Shown: positions 62,932 through 64,000 of the stretch, piece by piece
How the letters are laid out: each line of letters opens with the position of its first letter
How positions within the stretch are numbered: position 1 is the first letter of the stretch
Assembly: GCA_003240775.1 (NCBI GenBank)
Contig: QFNI01000019.1
Span: 671-64,670, forward strand
Direction: 5' to 3'
Source: Mesorhizobium amorphae
Lineage (GTDB): Bacteria; Pseudomonadota; Alphaproteobacteria; Rhizobiales; Rhizobiaceae
DNA: 64,000 nt
Notes under the pieces: model-generated
The model's input: the letters and a program-made list of their open reading frames with translations, nothing else
Databases searched by the model: none
Told to the model about the DNA's origin: nothing
Program-made: the position numbers and the translations under genes

Positions 62932-64000
62932 ATGGTCGACCAGATCCTCCGCAACGTGATCTACTATGTCGAAGCGCTCCTGCGCCGGCCGCTCTGGGTG
63001 ATCCTGCCGTTTCTCGCCGTGCTCGGGCTCGGTGCCGGCGTGGTGTTCAACCTGCCGCGCAGCTATCAGTCGGCGGCACAGCTTCTGATCGGCGCGCCCC
63101 AGACCCAGGGCTCGCTCGTGCCCGCGACGGTCGCGGCCGAACACCTCCAATTCGTGGAACAGCGCGTGCTCGCCCGCGACAAGCTGATCGCGCTCGCCCG
63201 CAAGCTCGACCTCTTTCCCGGCCTGCGGGACGAGATGACGGAAACCAAGCTCGCCGAGCAGATCCGCCGCCTGATCCTGATCACCACCTTCGCCGCCGAG
63301 CCGACCGAGCGCTATTCAGGCACCACGGCGATGCACGTGATGTTCACGGCACCCAGCGCCGAGCAGGCCTCCGCGGGCGCTTCCGAACTGGTGCGGCTGA
63401 TCGTCGAGGAAAGCCGCGGCCAGCGCATCCAGCGCGCCACCGAGATCTCCGCGTTCCTCGAGCGCGAAGTGTCCGACCTGTCGGACAGGCTTCAGGAGCG
63501 CGAAGCCGGCTGGAAGACCTTTTTCGACACCAATGCAGACCTTCTGCCTGCCCGCCTGCCCGTCCTCGACGGCGAAGTCTCCGAGCGCGAGCGGGAACTG
63601 ACGGGTCTCGACCAGTCGATCGCAGCCCTCGATCAGGAACTGCGCCTGCTCGAGGCCGAATTGCGGCTGGGCCGGCAGCGCCCGGAAACGGACACGCGCG
63701 ACCGCGCCCAGCTTGCCGACCTCGAATCCGAGCTTGCCGCAAAGTCCGTCTCCCTGTCGGACGCGCATCCCGACATCCGTTCGCTCAAGCGCCGCGTGGA
63801 AAGCCTGCGTCAGCGCGTGGCGAGCGATGCCGGTGCGCAGGCATCCCAGCTCTCGCCCGAGCTCGCGCTCGTGGCCGAACGCGCGGCCATCGCACGGGGC
63901 CGCCATGCTTCGCTGACCGAGAAGCGCGCGGAGGTGAACGCGCGCATCACGGAACTGCGCAAGGCCATTGAGCAGGTTCCCGCGGTCGCCGCCCAGGCCG
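62932..64000 (+). CDS. Polysaccharide chain-length determinant (Wzz/GumC-like), truncated by the window end
   Basis: ATG after GGAG; MVDQILRNVIYYVEALLRRPLWVILPF..LPRSYQSAA, then TM, coiled coil and HPDI; no stop seen before 64000. Confidence 0.8.
   Translation, partial: MVDQILRNVIYYVEALLRRPLWVILPFLAVLGLGAGVVFNLPRSYQSAAQLLIGAPQTQGSLVPATVAAEHLQFVEQRVLARDKLIALARKLDLFPGLRDEMTETKLAEQIRRLILITTFAAEPTERYSGTTAMHVMFTAPSAEQASAGASELVRLIVEESRGQRIQRATEISAFLEREVSDLSDRLQEREAGWKTFFDTNADLLPARLPVLDGEVSERERELTGLDQSIAALDQELRLLEAELRLGRQRPETDTRDRAQLADLESELAAKSVSLSDAHPDIRSLKRRVESLRQRVASDAGAQASQLSPELALVAERAAIARGRHASLTEKRAEVNARITELRKAIEQVPAVAAQA

Overview
A high-GC, densely coding chromosomal segment from a Rhizobiales-type alphaproteobacterium (inferred from gene content and order). 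I saw no integrase, transposase, phage structural gene or CRISPR array. Left part, in order: aroB; tRNA-Arg(CCT); two small orphan ORFs; an MFS transporter; a GT29 sialyltransferase-like gene; ada; a TetR plus partial leucine-catabolism operon (ivd-mccB-mccA); and a xylX-like dehydratase. Next come DUF2076 and SET-domain genes, then an ~18 kb LacI-associated sugar-catabolic cluster (afr, CoA transferase, crotonase, ALDH, sugar ABC transporter, two GMC oxidoreductases, SDR). Middle part: a TetR plus phospholipid-synthesis triad; an L,D-transpeptidase; a two-response-regulator plus hybrid-kinase locus; and a general stress response island (ecfG-nepR/phyR, two HWE kinases, a single-domain regulator). 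Right part: pstSCAB-phoU-phoB with Pho boxes but no adjacent phoR; a multi-PAS hybrid kinase; yeiH/LysR; ackA; bioMNY; and the start of an exopolysaccharide cluster. The most notable signal read directly from the DNA is in the stress island, which carries eight sigma-EcfG-type promoters (GGAAC-N16-CGTT or one-base variants) in 6.3 kb. They point to two small membrane-protein ORFs missing from the ORF track and to a ~120-nt three-hairpin sRNA candidate with nearly pure poly-C loops (44949-45071, minus strand). Protein family assignments come from motif recognition and recall, not database searches.
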